DNA of 41,677 bases from Conidiobolus incongruus B7586 (GCA_000697335.1 JNEM01006019.1:1-41677); one strand, 5' to 3'. Shown: positions 1 to 12,644, numbered from the stretch's first letter. Notes: generated by a model not told the origin, from the letters alone. A program made the numbers and translations.

Positions 1-70
1 TTATATATCATATATTCAAATGTTTATTTATTTTTAATTGCAAAAAATTCCCATTATTAAAAATGCAGAG

Positions 71-89
71 TAATAATAATAATAATAAT
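71..89. repeat. (TAA)6 microsatellite
   Basis: taataataataataataat read directly. Confidence 0.7.
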
Positions 90-1145
90 AGAAAATTTTC
101 TATAATCAAAATAAATTACAATATTATGTATATATAATATATATTTCCCTATACTATAATTAACTTCAAATATAATATTTAATATATTTTTTAATCAAGA
201 AAATACAGTCATTATTACTGTCAAAAATAGAAACTTTATCAATATATTATAATCAGGTTTCTTTCATAATAAACATTAAAATTAATATTTATTAACTATA
301 ATGATAATATATATAAATTTCAGTACAATGATTTATAATTTGAAATGAATTGATATTTAAATTTTATAAGGAGTAATAATTGTTGATAATATTTGATTAA
401 TACCAAAATTGTATATATTGTAAAATATACTATAATATGATATGTATTAATTAATTGATGCTATTATTTTTAATTCATTTGTATTTTCAACTAATTTTAA
501 AATTCAGGATAATATCATTTAGATAATCTAATCTAGATAATATTATTGAATTAATCGCATTAGCAATATTACTAATATAAATATTGTCCCTAACATTTAA
601 ATTACATATAATATATGATCTCTGAACTTATCAAATTATTCCAAATCCACATTATAATTTAATAGCATGATAGACATAGAAAATAATTATTGACAAGAAA
701 TGAAAATTTTCTCAAATCTGCAATATAAAATGGAGTAATTAAATAATACATATTGTAAATATTTAGGTAAAATTAGTAATAATCCAATATTTAATAATAT
801 CCAGATATTAATTCTATAAGTCATATTCAATAACAAATAAATTAAAAATTAGGAAATAATTATTTTCAAGTGTCTATTTAACTACAATATTTTAACCCTC
901 TCATTAATCAAAAAATCGACAAAATTATAAAATTCAAGTCACTAAGCGCAGTGGATCAAAAATATGATATCAAAATAATTTTTAATTTAAAAATGATCAT
1001 CTGTACAAATTGTATGCTAATTTTGAGATACCATAATTGAATCAGATAGCGATTTCATATAAATTATACACTGATAAACTTGTGGTAAATACTTTTTCCT
1101 TCCCTTTAGTATTTGTAATTTTTTTTTCTATTACGAATAGCATTG

Positions 1146-2394
1146 ATGGGTGATTTGGTGGAATTAAAGTTAATTCTTTTAGCTTCGTTAGAGGTAAAAC
1201 AATCACTAATATTATTTACTGATATTGATTTAATGCTCCATTTAGGCTATTTTCACCAATGTATCCATAGCTTTTGGTGGGTTTTGCTTAGCTAAATATC
1301 GTTATATTTCTGAAGATATGTCTAGAGTATATTCATAATTATACATTTTTATTCATTGAAACTAAATATAATTCATTTAGAATTTAGCAAAATTAAATGT
1401 CAATTTCTTCCTACCTGTGATGCTATTCATCAAATTATCCAACTCTATATCTATTAATACATTAATCCAATTTTGGCCTATTCCTCTTATTTGTACATTC
1501 GTTACACTGCTTTCGCTAGGATTGAGTCATTTAGTCAGTAGATTTTTGAAGCATTCTAAATATTGGGTCAATTTTACTAAGGCAACTGTTAGTTTTTGTA
1601 ATACGAATAGCGTTCCAACTGGTGTGATTCATGTACTTGCTTTTGGTGCCAATTCAGGCTGGTTGAAATGGGGTCAAAATGATACTCCCAGTGCAATGGA
1701 CGCAAGAGGCATCTCTTACCTCATCATATACTCTGCATTCACGAATTTAGGGAGATGGAGTTATGGTGTCAAACTATTCCAATTGGACGAAGATGAAGAA
1801 AGCCGTCCTCTCTTAGGATCTCAGCCAAGCATGAGTATGACATCGAATTCGAGATTGGATCAATTCTACAAGACTTTTAAAAATTTTTTGACACCTCCAT
1901 TAATTGGAACATATGCTGCTATGTTGGTAATCTTAGTGCCTTATCTGAAATCTATACTATTTGGAGATTTTTTCTTATTCCAATCCATCAAAAATGGACT
2001 CAGTTACATTGGCGAGAGTACTATTCCTCTACTTTTACTAAACCTAGGATATGAGGTTTATTTCGCGAGTCAAAAGCCTGATCAAGAGAGGGTTAATGTT
2101 CCAATAACACCTATCCTTATCCTACGATATTTTCTAGTTCCCGCAGTCACACTCATATTTTTGTATTTTATAAAACCTTATTATGAATTAGGAAATGATC
2201 CAATGTTTCAGTTCGCTATGATGCTCGTTGCTTCAGGTCCTCCATCGGTAGCCTTGGTTCAGGTTGCTGCATACACCAATAGTTATAAGGACGAAGTTGC
2301 ATTTCTATTGTTATATTCATATATTTTAGCTATTCCATGTCTTACAGCTTTAGTTGGTATATTTCTATATGTCATTCCCAAATGGTACGAATAA
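1146..2394 (+). CDS. Auxin efflux carrier / PILS-like (Mem_trans) membrane transporter, 3 exons (1146-1193, 1246-1326, 1381-2394)
   Basis: Spliced N-terminus MGDLVELKLILLASLE/AIFTNVSIAFGGFCLAKYRYISEDMSR/NLAKLNVNFFLP joins the 1417 ORF in frame. Motifs FCNTNSVP, RGISY, RWSYG, IPLLLLNLG, DPMFQF..ML..SGPPS; many hydrophobic segments. Confidence 0.85.
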
Positions 2395-3101
2395 ATCCAA
2401 TCATTTCAACTATGTGTTTTTATTATATTACCATTATCTACAGTTGTCCTATCTATATAAGCATGATAAACTCTTGCGTACTATTTTTTATTGTAAACCT
2501 CATTCACATAATTGAAATTCCCAAGATCAAATGATCTTTCGAAAAATTAACTCATTAAACCCTAAAATGACGAAACTTAAAATAATCTTATCCATCAAAT
2601 AGGATTTTTTGTTACTCGTAAATTTTCTACCAAATTTATATATCAAAGAATTTTACATAAAAAATCTGAAATCAGGATAATATCGGAACTTAAAAGAGAT
2701 TTAATGACTAAAGAAAATAAATCGGACATAGAGATGTCATTTAAGAAAATTAAAAGCTGAAAAATTGTAAACTGCTAAATATGAATAGAATGGTTAGGTA
2801 TTTTACGGAAGGACTTACTTTAAAGGGTATTTGTTGTGTAAAGATAATAATTTTCAAAATTAAGAATATAACAATTTGATAAAGATGGATTGGTGGCTTA
2901 ATTCAAATAACGATTTAATTATGTGATATGAATATTTCAATTTTGAAGCTCTTGTAAAATTTCAATTTAGTAATTTATGATGATTAGCAATTAAGGTGAA
3001 GCCAAATAGTATACAAAATGGAGTTTTGCAGTTGATTTTAATGAAAAATAATTTATTGAAAGGTTAAGCAAGTGATCAATTCAAATAGTCAAGTTTGAGG
3101 A

Positions 3102-3570
3102 TTATTGAAGGAATAATATAGCGTAACGAATTGACATAAATAAACTAGATTAGAGTTAATAAAATCAAATCAAACCAAATATCAAATATTGAAATTAATG
3201 GTCTTACCTGAGGATACTTAATAAACCTGGAGGCATAAATTTTTGAGTTTTGATGTATCGAACTCCCATAACAATTAACAATACAACAGATAGAACTAAC
3301 CAAATTGATAAATATAAATCTTAGCTTAAAAACAATATGCTTATTACCTAAAGCAAGTAAAGAATCCTTAGAATTTTGAGATACTTTAGAAGCTGCATAA
3401 CCTACAGCAGCACCGAAACCAACACCGGCAACTAACGAAGGAGTACTGCCTAAATTGAATCTTAATAAATATTACCAAAAATTAATATATTGAATTATAC
3501 CAGCTTTAACATAACCCACAATACCACCAACACTCAATAATGTAGCATAAATATATCCTAAATAATCCAT
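3102..3570 (-). CDS. TMEM14-family small membrane protein, 4 exons; not in ORF track
   Basis: Spliced translation MDYLGYIYATLLSVGGIVGYVKAG/STPSLVAGVGFGAAVGYAASKVSQNSKDSLLAL/VLSVVLLIVMGVRYIKTQKFMPPGLLSILS/LFMSIRYAILFLQ*. Carries TMEM14 hallmarks GG..GY.K.GS..SL.AG and MG.R....KFMP.GL; GT-AG introns keep frame. A short upstream exon cannot be excluded. Confidence 0.9.
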
Positions 3571-3656
3571 ATTGCCTAAATGTTATTCTTATTTTTTATA
3601 TTAAGTTTAGTTACTGTTAATTATTATTATTATATGGTTGTGTAACCTCAAATAAA

Positions 3657-3663
3657 TTATGGG
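3657..3663 (-). promoter_or_regulatory. CCCATAA motif upstream of TMEM14
   Basis: TTATGGG on + strand, ~87 nt upstream of the minus-strand ATG, sense-oriented; recurs at many genes. Confidence 0.5.
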
Positions 3664-3849
3664 TCAAACCAATTAGTTGGCACAGGTTTCAAGTCTGAAA
3701 TTTAAAAAATCACAAATTGTTTGATCAAAATATTTAATCAGATCTAATTCACCAATTATGTGAATATTTTTCATGGTTTTATCCTCTATAATCAGATGAC
3801 ATTGCATTTAAAAATTATCAAAAAATATTACATCAATTTTTTAAGTTGT

Positions 3850-4350
3850 TTTGGAATTAATAATGATTTAATAGAATTTTATAAAATCACATATCTGTTA
3901 ACCTTTAAAATTGGCCAATTAATCAAATATATAATACAATAATATTGTGATTTTGCTAATATCAATTCATTCAAATGAGCATATATTTGATTTAATAGAC
4001 TTATTTTGAAACCAATTGCTTCAGTTTATTTGAGAATGATTTTTACAATGAGAAAGGAATTCAATTAACATTATTCACAAATATTTCATAATAAAGTACA
4101 TTTTGACTGTGATAATTTCAACTTTAATAAAAATTTATCACCATCAATTTACTGTGTATAGTTATTAATTTTGATACCTATATTAATCCAGTAACAATTG
4201 CCATCGCTTCTAATCTGAGTTCTTAAATTATTCATTTTCAAGATCGTAGGATCAAATTTCGAGTATTAATACTGACTTGAATGTAAATAGAAATTTAACC
4301 ATACTATACCAAGTTTAAATATTTGACCATTTATTCAAATCATTAGTCAT
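3850..4350 (-). pseudogene. Possible heavily decayed Ras-like small GTPase relic
   Basis: Fragments SMVKFLFT (single-base changes from GVGKSLFT), FDPTI..RTQIRSDG..WINI and NSFLIV in Ras motif order, with a ~56-nt GT..AG segment; stops and frameshifts. Weak. Confidence 0.25.
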
Positions 4351-5127
4351 TTCAATATAAATGATATATAAAATCTATTGGATCATAACTATCAGACCAA
4401 ATTTAAGTAATTCTGTATCGTTAAATTATAAGTTTGATGAAAATTAATTATGACAGTATTTTCCAAATAAGCCTTTAATCCTGAATTTAAAAACTGAACT
4501 AGTTTTAATTTATTAATAAATAAACAAAAAATTACATTAAAATTAATGATAACATTTTATAAAAATTATCTAAATTTTTATTTAGTATATTATAAATCAT
4601 TCCAAAATTTTCTAAATTTTGAATTCTTTTAACATAATAATAGTATGATACTATGCTTATTAAATATTTTAAAACATTTTTGAAAATTAAAAATTACTAA
4701 ATTAATTTCAATGGTTTTGATTTTAGTAATCAGTCTCCAATCGTGTCGATTCCAGATAAATTAGAAAAAAGAATTTTGAGCAAATCAAATTTAATAGATG
4801 GAAATTTCAACAGAAACCTAATTTATTTAATGGTTATGGATTAATTAACGGATTGGCAAGATTGTCATTGAGAGTAGGGACCAATTATTAATAATTATTT
4901 TGATTATTTTGGCAATGAGATTGAAATTGAAATATATTCTCTCAAAATTGAAACCAGTTTCAACATCTCGTATCTATTCTTTTTCAAAAAATATAAATAA
5001 TAGTTGACTTCCTTGATTAATTTATAATAGACTTTCATTTGTTCTATCATTCTAGATATTTTTTGCATTTTTTAGCCTCCCAATTTAACGCCTTTTCTTT
5101 CTCTTTAACTGTATATTATTTTTTTCT

Positions 5128-6776
5128 ATGACTAATCCTATCCCTTTACAAAATAAATTTAGTCAAATGAATATCACCACATCTCATATGAACGGCTATA
5201 ATGACAAATCTAATGGTATTTACTCTTTTCAGAGCTCGACAGTTTCTTCAGATGATTTCCCAGAGCCTAGTCCAAGGTCAATACATCAAAACCTTTTGAA
5301 TTCATTAGGACATCCACCACAGCGTCAATATACATCACATCCCAATCTGGTACAAGCTGCTGTCGCTGTTAGGAAAATATGTAGAAGTTTGAGTAGACGT
5401 AAAATAAGGTGGACTTCCCCCAAACGCATCCTTATTGTCACAAAACCAGGAGATTCCAAAGTTGCTAAAAAGGCGAGAGAGTTGGTGAACTGGCTGTTGG
5501 AAGATATTCAAATACCAAGTTACTCGCCAAAATCTTCGGAAACTGACACGGATACGTCATCTTCCAGCTCTGAAGATGTAAATTCTTTAGATATGTAAGC
5601 ATTGATAATATTGACATTGGATCGTATGAAGCACTAATTCAATACTGTAGATTTATTGATCCCCATTTGACAACAAACAGACATTTTGATTATGATGAAA
5701 TACAGGTTAGAATTTCCCGAAATGACAATAAGAATACCATGCAGACGTTTTCGCCTGAAATGTGCCAATACTCGGCGGATCAATTTGATTTGGTCCTGAC
5801 GCTGGGTGGTGATGGTACTGTTTTATATACCAGTTGGCTTTTTCAAAATATGGTCCCCCCAGTCATCCCTTTCCATCTTGGATCTCTGGGGTTTTTATCT
5901 AGTTTTCCATTCTCTGAATACCAACAGACTTTAAATAACTGCTTTAAGAATGGTGTTAAGGTGAACCTGAGGATGCGGCTTACATGCACCGTATTTAGAT
6001 ATAGCCATCCAAATCAGCATTCATCAAAATCAAACAACACCCCTGATGACTTAATAGAATCTACACAGCCTAAATCATCAGGATCATTACTGCAACCCTT
6101 CTCCAATAAAAGTAGTCGTAAATCGAAGAAAAGTCACAAGATCAATCATTTAAGGATTTTATTACAAGAATTTGAAGATCAGGAAGATGACGAATCCGGT
6201 TTAAATATCGACATTCCCAATTCTGCATTATTTACAAAAGGAGAAAGTTTTGAAGTATTGAACGAATTAGTGGTTGATCGTGGCCCAAGTCCTTTCATGT
6301 CCCTAATTGAATTATATGCCAATGGGGAAATGCTAACAACTGTTCAAGCTGATGGATTGACGGTTGCTACACCTACGGGATCTACTGCTTATTCTCTCTC
6401 TGCAGGAGGATCTCTTGTTCATCCTGAAATTCCTGCTCTTTTAATCACACCAAACTGCCCTCACACATTATCATTCCGTCCTATGCTATTACCGGATACT
6501 TCCGTACTTCATCTATGTGTGCCATTTACTGCTAGAGGCACAGCATGGGGTAGCTTTGATGGTAGAGGAAGTATCGAATTAAAACGAGGTGACTACATTC
6601 GAATCCAAACATCATCTTACCCATTCCCAACAGTCTGCAAGGGTAGTTCAGCTGGATCCGAATGGTTCAATTCCTTGAATCGATGCTTGAATTGGAACCA
6701 GAGGGCATTACAAAAATCCTTTGGTAATGAAGACTCTTCTGAGGAAGGATCGGATTACTCTACATGTAATGAATAA
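5128..6776 (+). CDS. ATP-NAD(H) kinase (Utr1/Yef1/NADK type), 2 exons (5128-5594, 5651-6776)
   Basis: Intron GTAAGC 5595..5650 TAG joins two track ORFs in frame. Motifs TLGGDGTVL, FHLGSLGFL, EVLNE, QADG..ATPTGSTAYSLSAGG, PHTLSFRP. Confidence 0.95.
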
Positions 6777-6954
6777 ATACATATATAGTTATTTATACAA
6801 TATATATTCAAATATTTGTTACTTTGCTTTATAATGAAATAACCTCAAACTCTACTAAGTAATGTTCCAATACAATGATACTCTAATATTGTAGATATCT
6901 TTTTCACATTCAATACATTCTACTCAAATGTCGAATTTAATTGGAACTTTCAGT

Positions 6955-6961
6955 CCCATAA
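6955..6961 (+). promoter_or_regulatory. CCCATAA motif upstream of UBP8
   Basis: Exact motif ~74 nt before ATG 7035, sense-oriented. Confidence 0.5.
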
Positions 6962-7034
6962 TATTCCAACTCAAATTTCTAGTGTCAAATATAATAAATT
7001 AGAATCCAGTCACATATTTAAATTCGTTTTCAAA

Positions 7035-8600
7035 ATGATTTCAAGTAATTGTCAGCATTTAACCACTTTACCAGATAAAGAATTTGACAAATTTAAACTC
7101 AAACTAATTAATTGTATTCAGTATAGTTTCCTCATTGAACAGATACCCATTTGGCTCAATAATCTGAGTGAAGAATGTACCAGTAGAAACACAGGAAGTC
7201 ACAACTTGGAAGAGATGGCCAATGAATTGGTAAGTCTGTACCAATCCCTACCTATTGCAAAATGTGAAGAATGCCATAACAACAATCAATGGCTGAGTAC
7301 TTGCATCCAATGCTTTTATATGGGATGTGACCAAAACTTCAATAATTCTCACATGACACAGCATTTGAAGCAGACCCAACACGCATTCAGTTATAATTTT
7401 AATTTGAATTTGATATATTGCAATCTTTGCGAGAATTATATCTTAAATGATACTTTATTCCATTTGATTAAATTTACGAAACTGTTGATGAAGTTCCAGT
7501 ATTTGAATTCGAATTTTAGTTTAATTAAAAATGAAGTGATTTTAAACTGCTTTTACTTTCAGAAAGATTTAATTAAGACACATATGAAGTGTAAATTAAT
7601 TAGAGGTCTCAGGAATTTGGGGAGTACTTGCTTTTTGAATTCGATTCTGCAAACGTTTGCTCATAATCGTTTGTTGGTCGATTACTACGAAAAGTTGGAT
7701 CATATGCACGACGATATAGATGAATTTGGGGGTGATGGCAGTAATGGTGATAGCTCAACGGAGGGTAATGTTTGTTTGAGTTGTGAATTGACGAACTTTA
7801 TACTCGATTATTATTCAGACAACTACACACCCATCTCACCAACCAAATTCCTACATAAACTTTGGTCTACTTCCAAGCATTTGGCAGGGTATCACGAACA
7901 CGACGCTCACGAACTTCTAATGGCAGTTCTCAACCAATTGCACGAGGAAGATGAGAACCACTCATCCAATTCACTAGAATGTAAATGCATTATCCATCAA
8001 ACTTTCTCAGGGGTATTACGTTCTGAAGTTACTTGCCAATCTTGTAATTCTATAACATCTACATCGGATCCATTCCTTGATCTATCTCTCCACATTGAAG
8101 ATGCCACCAACACTGAAGGATATACCTTGCACGACTGCTTGATGAAATTTACGCATCCAGAGCCACTTCCCCCAGATTCTTATAATTGTTCACACTGTCA
8201 AAAGCCTAGACAGGCAACCAAACAAATGAAACTATTTAAATTACCCAAAGTACTATGCATTCAGTTTAAACGATTCTCACAGTATCCAACACCCTCCAAG
8301 ATTGATACAGATATTTTATTACCCAAATATCTAGATCTATTGCAATATTCACATTTGAATGAAAAATCCGCACCTGGACTGAGCCCATATCACTATCAGT
8401 TGTTCGCAGTTGTCAACCATCGAGGATCTTTGGACACTGGTCACTATGTTAACTACTGCTGGAATCGAAATCGATGGTACTTGTTCAATGATCAGGATAT
8501 TAAGCTAGCCAATGCTGAAGAAGTATATAATTCTAAGCCTTATCTCTGTTTTTACATGTTGACTACCCTGCTTACAGATAATTTGGGTAGAGGGGAGTAA
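7035..8600 (+). CDS. UBP8: Ubiquitin-specific protease with N-terminal ZnF-UBP (Ubp8/USP22-like, SAGA DUB), single exon
   Basis: ZnF-UBP Cys/His pattern (CEEC, CIQC..MGC, H...H....H, YCNLC); Cys box GLRNLGSTCFLNS; CIIHQTFSG.LRSEVTC; His box VVNHRGSLDTGHY; WYLFND. Confidence 0.9.
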   Translation: MISSNCQHLTTLPDKEFDKFKLKLINCIQYSFLIEQIPIWLNNLSEECTSRNTGSHNLEEMANELVSLYQSLPIAKCEECHNNNQWLSTCIQCFYMGCDQNFNNSHMTQHLKQTQHAFSYNFNLNLIYCNLCENYILNDTLFHLIKFTKLLMKFQYLNSNFSLIKNEVILNCFYFQKDLIKTHMKCKLIRGLRNLGSTCFLNSILQTFAHNRLLVDYYEKLDHMHDDIDEFGGDGSNGDSSTEGNVCLSCELTNFILDYYSDNYTPISPTKFLHKLWSTSKHLAGYHEHDAHELLMAVLNQLHEEDENHSSNSLECKCIIHQTFSGVLRSEVTCQSCNSITSTSDPFLDLSLHIEDATNTEGYTLHDCLMKFTHPEPLPPDSYNCSHCQKPRQATKQMKLFKLPKVLCIQFKRFSQYPTPSKIDTDILLPKYLDLLQYSHLNEKSAPGLSPYHYQLFAVVNHRGSLDTGHYVNYCWNRNRWYLFNDQDIKLANAEEVYNSKPYLCFYMLTTLLTDNLGRGE

Positions 8601-8900
8601 ATTTGCATTAGAAGAATAAAATATATTTAGATTAATTATTGTTACATATAGTAATATCATGTTTTATTTTTCAAAATTTTCAATTAATATATCGATTTTA
8701 ATGATATTTTTATAATCATTATTTAAATTCAATATCTCTCTTAATATACGGTTTTAATATTAAATAAATATATAAATACATAGAATATATGTATAATACT
8801 ATATTTAAATATTTTATTAACTAATAATCCAACCAATAATTCCAACATATTATTAGAAATCACCGCCCATTTGCCCATTATTAGATAAATTTAATTAATC

Positions 8901-9682
8901 TTATTGCTGAAAATAAGTCAAAGCCCTTTGATTATGCTTTTTAAGCTCTTCATTTTGATATTCATGAATTTTCGTCACATCCCTAATCTTAAATCCGTAA
9001 ATTCTAGGTACATAACGTTCGTTGGACTTAGCGGGTACTATATGGGAATAAATTTGCAATAGCATATGGGGGAATGTGGTACCAAAATAGGCTCCGTCCA
9101 AATTTATATGACGGTTAGCTTTGGGTTGGTAAATATCTTCGCAGCGGGCGCAATATAATTTAACGCCCTTAGTTCTGGGGATATCGCTCAATCCTACAGG
9201 TAATAAGGGTTGACCTTGGCATAGTACTCGAGGGCATTTTCCAAAGTGGTTATTCTTCATTTTTTCCAACTATTATAAATGTTAGAAATAATTAATAAAT
9301 AAACAAATAAAATATTACCATTTTAGCTAATCCTCTCATCGTTAAAATATATCTAGCGTGAATTAAACCGTACAAGTGCTTGGCATCCTTCTCAACCACT
9401 TCACTCGTAGCATTATCCAAAGCAACACCTGAATAACCTCAATATTAATACCAAATAAATAATATCTCTCACTAATAAAATACCTAAATTATCCAAAATC
9501 ATATCCAGAGCCAAGGAAAAGTTCTCAACTTCGTTAGGTAAACCGGTCAAGTTAAAGCGATCGTTCAAGTACTCTTCATCAATTTCGCAAAAGTATTCAC
9601 TTCCTTTTAGAGATAAATACCAATCAACCCAATATTTAGTGTAATTGTCATCGGAGTTACTGCCGTTGAAATCGTCCATCAT
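8901..9682 (-). CDS. Casein kinase II regulatory beta subunit, 3 exons (9682-9484, 9428-9319, 9269-8901)
   Basis: YFCEIDEEY..DRFNLTGL, LYGLIHARYILT, FGKCPRVLC..QPLLPVGLSD, VKLYC..CEDIY.P, LDGAYFGTTFPH, YVPRIYGFKI. Confidence 0.96.
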
Positions 9683-9835
9683 TTTACTAATAAAATTTTC
9701 AAATATTATTTAATTTAAATATATTTTTATTATTAGTAATATCTTTTACTTACAATAATTTATATTATTTATAAAAAATATCAGAATTTTTGTACATGAT
9801 GAAACAAATTTAAAATGGAATTGAATTGAATCTAA

Positions 9836-9842
9836 TTATGGG
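9836..9842 (-). promoter_or_regulatory. CCCATAA motif upstream of CK2 beta
   Basis: TTATGGG ~154 nt upstream of minus-strand ATG 9682. Confidence 0.5.
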
Positions 9843-9999
9843 ATTTTGTTGTAATACAGCAAATTCGGTAATTTTGAAATAACTCAAAGTCTTAAATAAC
9901 AGAAATAAATTATAAAAAATATATATGTGGATTAATTATTACAATTATATATTGTTTATTAATATTGGATAATTAATTATATGTAATTAATGGATTTGG

Positions 10000-10964
10000 C
10001 TAAAGAATGTTACAACAAGTTGGCTTATCATCCTCTTTAGCATCAGCAGCAGTACCAGGTTGCTCGACTTGAGTAGTGGCATTATTCACATTAGCTATAG
10101 CTGGGTCTTCAACAGATGTTCCATTAGCAATATTGTCAGGCTCACTGTTTAATGTGGCGGGGTCAATACTAATATTGGATATATTAGATTACTGATTATA
10201 ATAATATATATGAAATAATTTACCCTAAATCCAACACTGCTTGTCTGGTTATTTGATATACTTCATCGGGAGTTTGCTCACATGGAACCTAAAAAATTTG
10301 AATTTCATTTAATATCATAAAAAATCATGATGCAATAATAAAGCGTACCTCAGACACTTTATTCTTTCCCTTATAATAATCAATAACAGGTAAACTAGTA
10401 TTCTTAAAAGTAATAAATCTTTTCTGAATAGATTCCTCATTATCGTCCGATCTACCACTTGTTTTACCACGTTCTAACAATCTCTTTAACATCACTTCCT
10501 CTGAACACGAGAAGTAGATGACGTGGTTAGGCTCAGAGATCAATTTTTCAAACTCCAGAGCTTGATTCAGCTCTCGGGGAAAGCCATCGACTAAAAATTT
10601 GGTATTTTCAGATTGATCCAACTTGGTTTTCAGGAGATTGATGGTAATTTTGAGAGGGACTAGTAAGCCATCTTTAATGCAGTTAGAAATGGTTTCGCCG
10701 TATTGGGAATCGGGTTGATTCATTTCTTCTCTCAATAAATCACCAGCTAATGAATTGGTGTTTAATACCGATATGTTGATGATAAGTCGGCTGAGATTTA
10801 TGAAATATACCTGAAATATGCTGAAATTGAAACTCTCTAACTAATTTGGTACTCTGAGTACCTTTGCCACTCCCAGGACCACCTTTATTACATTCGATTA
10901 ATCAAAAATATATCAATATTTATCTATTATTACCTAACACAAAAATTATGACTCTATCACTCAT
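10000..10964 (-). CDS. UMP-CMP/adenylate kinase (Ura6/AK1-like, short LID) with C-terminal extension ending CCNIL, 5 exons (10964-10934, 10882-10811, 10746-10349, 10288-10224, 10168-10000)
   Basis: MSDRVIIFVLG/GPGSGKGTQS, HISAGDLLR, FLVDGFPR, RGKTSGRSDDN. Last exon encodes IDPATLNSEPD...AKEDDKPTCCNIL*. Confidence 0.9.
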
Positions 10965-11324
10965 TATTACAAGGAAAGAATTAATGACCAAAAAAATATT
11001 GAGGATTATTATATCATTACTCTTTATATACCAAGCACATGTTCATTCAGGGTTTTCGCAATCGGTGTGACTCAAGGACGAATTGGGGTTAGTTCATTTT
11101 AATTTATCATTGTAATCAACCAGTTTCGTATCATTTTTCAATTCTATTGATCAATTCAGATAATTTCATTTTTCATTAAAGACTAATACTTATTTTTTAG
11201 ATATTATAAAAAACTCAATTTAATATTATAATTAATTTAAACTCATTTAAATTTTTCAAAAAATGTGATAAAATAACAAAATTGAATCAAGTCTAAATGT
11301 CTAAATTTCAAAATAAGTGGTTAT

Positions 11325-11858
11325 ATTAGATTCGATGAGTTTCAGTTTTAAATATATTTATTTTCTTATATATGAATTTAAAATCAGAGTTAACTAAAAT
11401 ATTGGCGAGTATTAGGTTGATCTGTGAAAATATTTACTATACAATATGTTAAACATTGTAGGAATTAGTAATAGTGTAACTGGTATATTTACAGATTATA
11501 TTCCTAATACAAAATTAATAGATATCGAGAGATTTAGTAATAGATAGCTTGTGCTTGGATCTTGATGATTAAAGATAAATTTCGAATTAATTTATTCATT
11601 TAAAAATATAATATACCACTATTAGCCTTAATCTAAAGTAACATTTAGAATAATCTAGGGGTATATATAGCAAAGTAAATAAAATAATTTTCAACTAAAT
11701 AAATTAATGTACCTTAGCGGATTGCCAAGTTAGATCATTGAAAATTACGAAGAATTTTCTCTAACTAATTTGGCACCATTAAAAACTAAGGTTTAAAGGT
11801 TATCTACAATTTTTCAACGACTAAAAGTATCAGAGACCGATTCCTAAGAATCTTTCAT
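11325..11858 (-). pseudogene. Unidentified decayed gene relic
   Basis: ATG at 11858 lies ~94 nt downstream of a sense CCCATAA (11952-11958), followed by three intron-sized GT..AG segments (11712-11655, 11616-11561, 11492-11437; 58/56/56 nt); many in-frame stops; no family recognised. Confidence 0.4.
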
Positions 11859-11951
11859 TCTACTATAGTGCTTTTATAAAATTGATTGATGTCAAGGTAT
11901 AAAGTGAAAAAATTATTTGAATTTATATTTCATTTGAGTGGATGTTTTGGT

Positions 11952-11958
11952 TTATGGG
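11952..11958 (-). promoter_or_regulatory. Orphan CCCATAA motif upstream of the putative relic
   Basis: TTATGGG on + strand; no intact gene within 250 nt. Confidence 0.35.
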
Positions 11959-12593
11959 ATTAAAACTATTCGGGATAATTTGATACTAACACAATATTTA
12001 ATCCATTATATTCAAAAAAGTCCAAATTAGTATATTAAAATCAAGTATATAAATATGACTTCAATAAGGTCTAAACGATAAAATTATTAGTAAATATATA
12101 ATTTTTAAATATTAAATTTATATGAAATATCAGAAAAAATATTTTGAATGATGATTTATAGTTTAACCTATTTAAAATGAAGTTTATTTTGAATAGTAAT
12201 TATTTAAATAATACAGCAATAAAATTAGATTATATATTATTTTAATTTGATTGATTGAACATACACTCAAAATTAATTGTATCACTTTAATATACTATTT
12301 AAAATATGTTCAATAATATAACGTGAAATATATTGTTATTATTAATGAGTTAAGAATTGATATATCTGATTTTGAGTGTAATATTGTAAATTAATTATTA
12401 TAAATTTAATAACATTCTATTATAAAACCAATGAAAAACATATAAATATAACAATGATATAATAATCTTTTGTGATTTAAAAAATATAAATTAAAAATAT
12501 AAATAACTTTTTTAAGAAATATAATATAATATATTATCTTAAATTTGTAATATTATTCAAGTAGTTAAGAGATTATCAAATTCGGATTTGATT

Positions 12594-12596
<3 letters not shown>

Positions 12597-12624
<28 letters not shown>

Positions 12625-12644
12625 TATTTTTATTTTTATTTTTA
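12597..12644. repeat. (TTTTTA)8 microsatellite
   Basis: Eight perfect hexamer units read directly. Confidence 0.9.

Noticed and set aside
2580..3060. Purine-rich, coding-looking stretch (HQIGFFVTRKFSTKF...KKIKS*)
   Set aside because: No start in frame, no recognisable family and no convincing intron chain; may be a relic but cannot be supported.
4190..4215. DGNC resembling an OTU catalytic motif
   Set aside because: No downstream OTU features; the surrounding sequence fits a Ras-like relic or chance better.
11325..11858. Stop-codon reassignment suggested by many in-frame TAA/TAG in relics
   Set aside because: Intact genes terminate at TAA/TAG at expected C-termini and have no internal stops.
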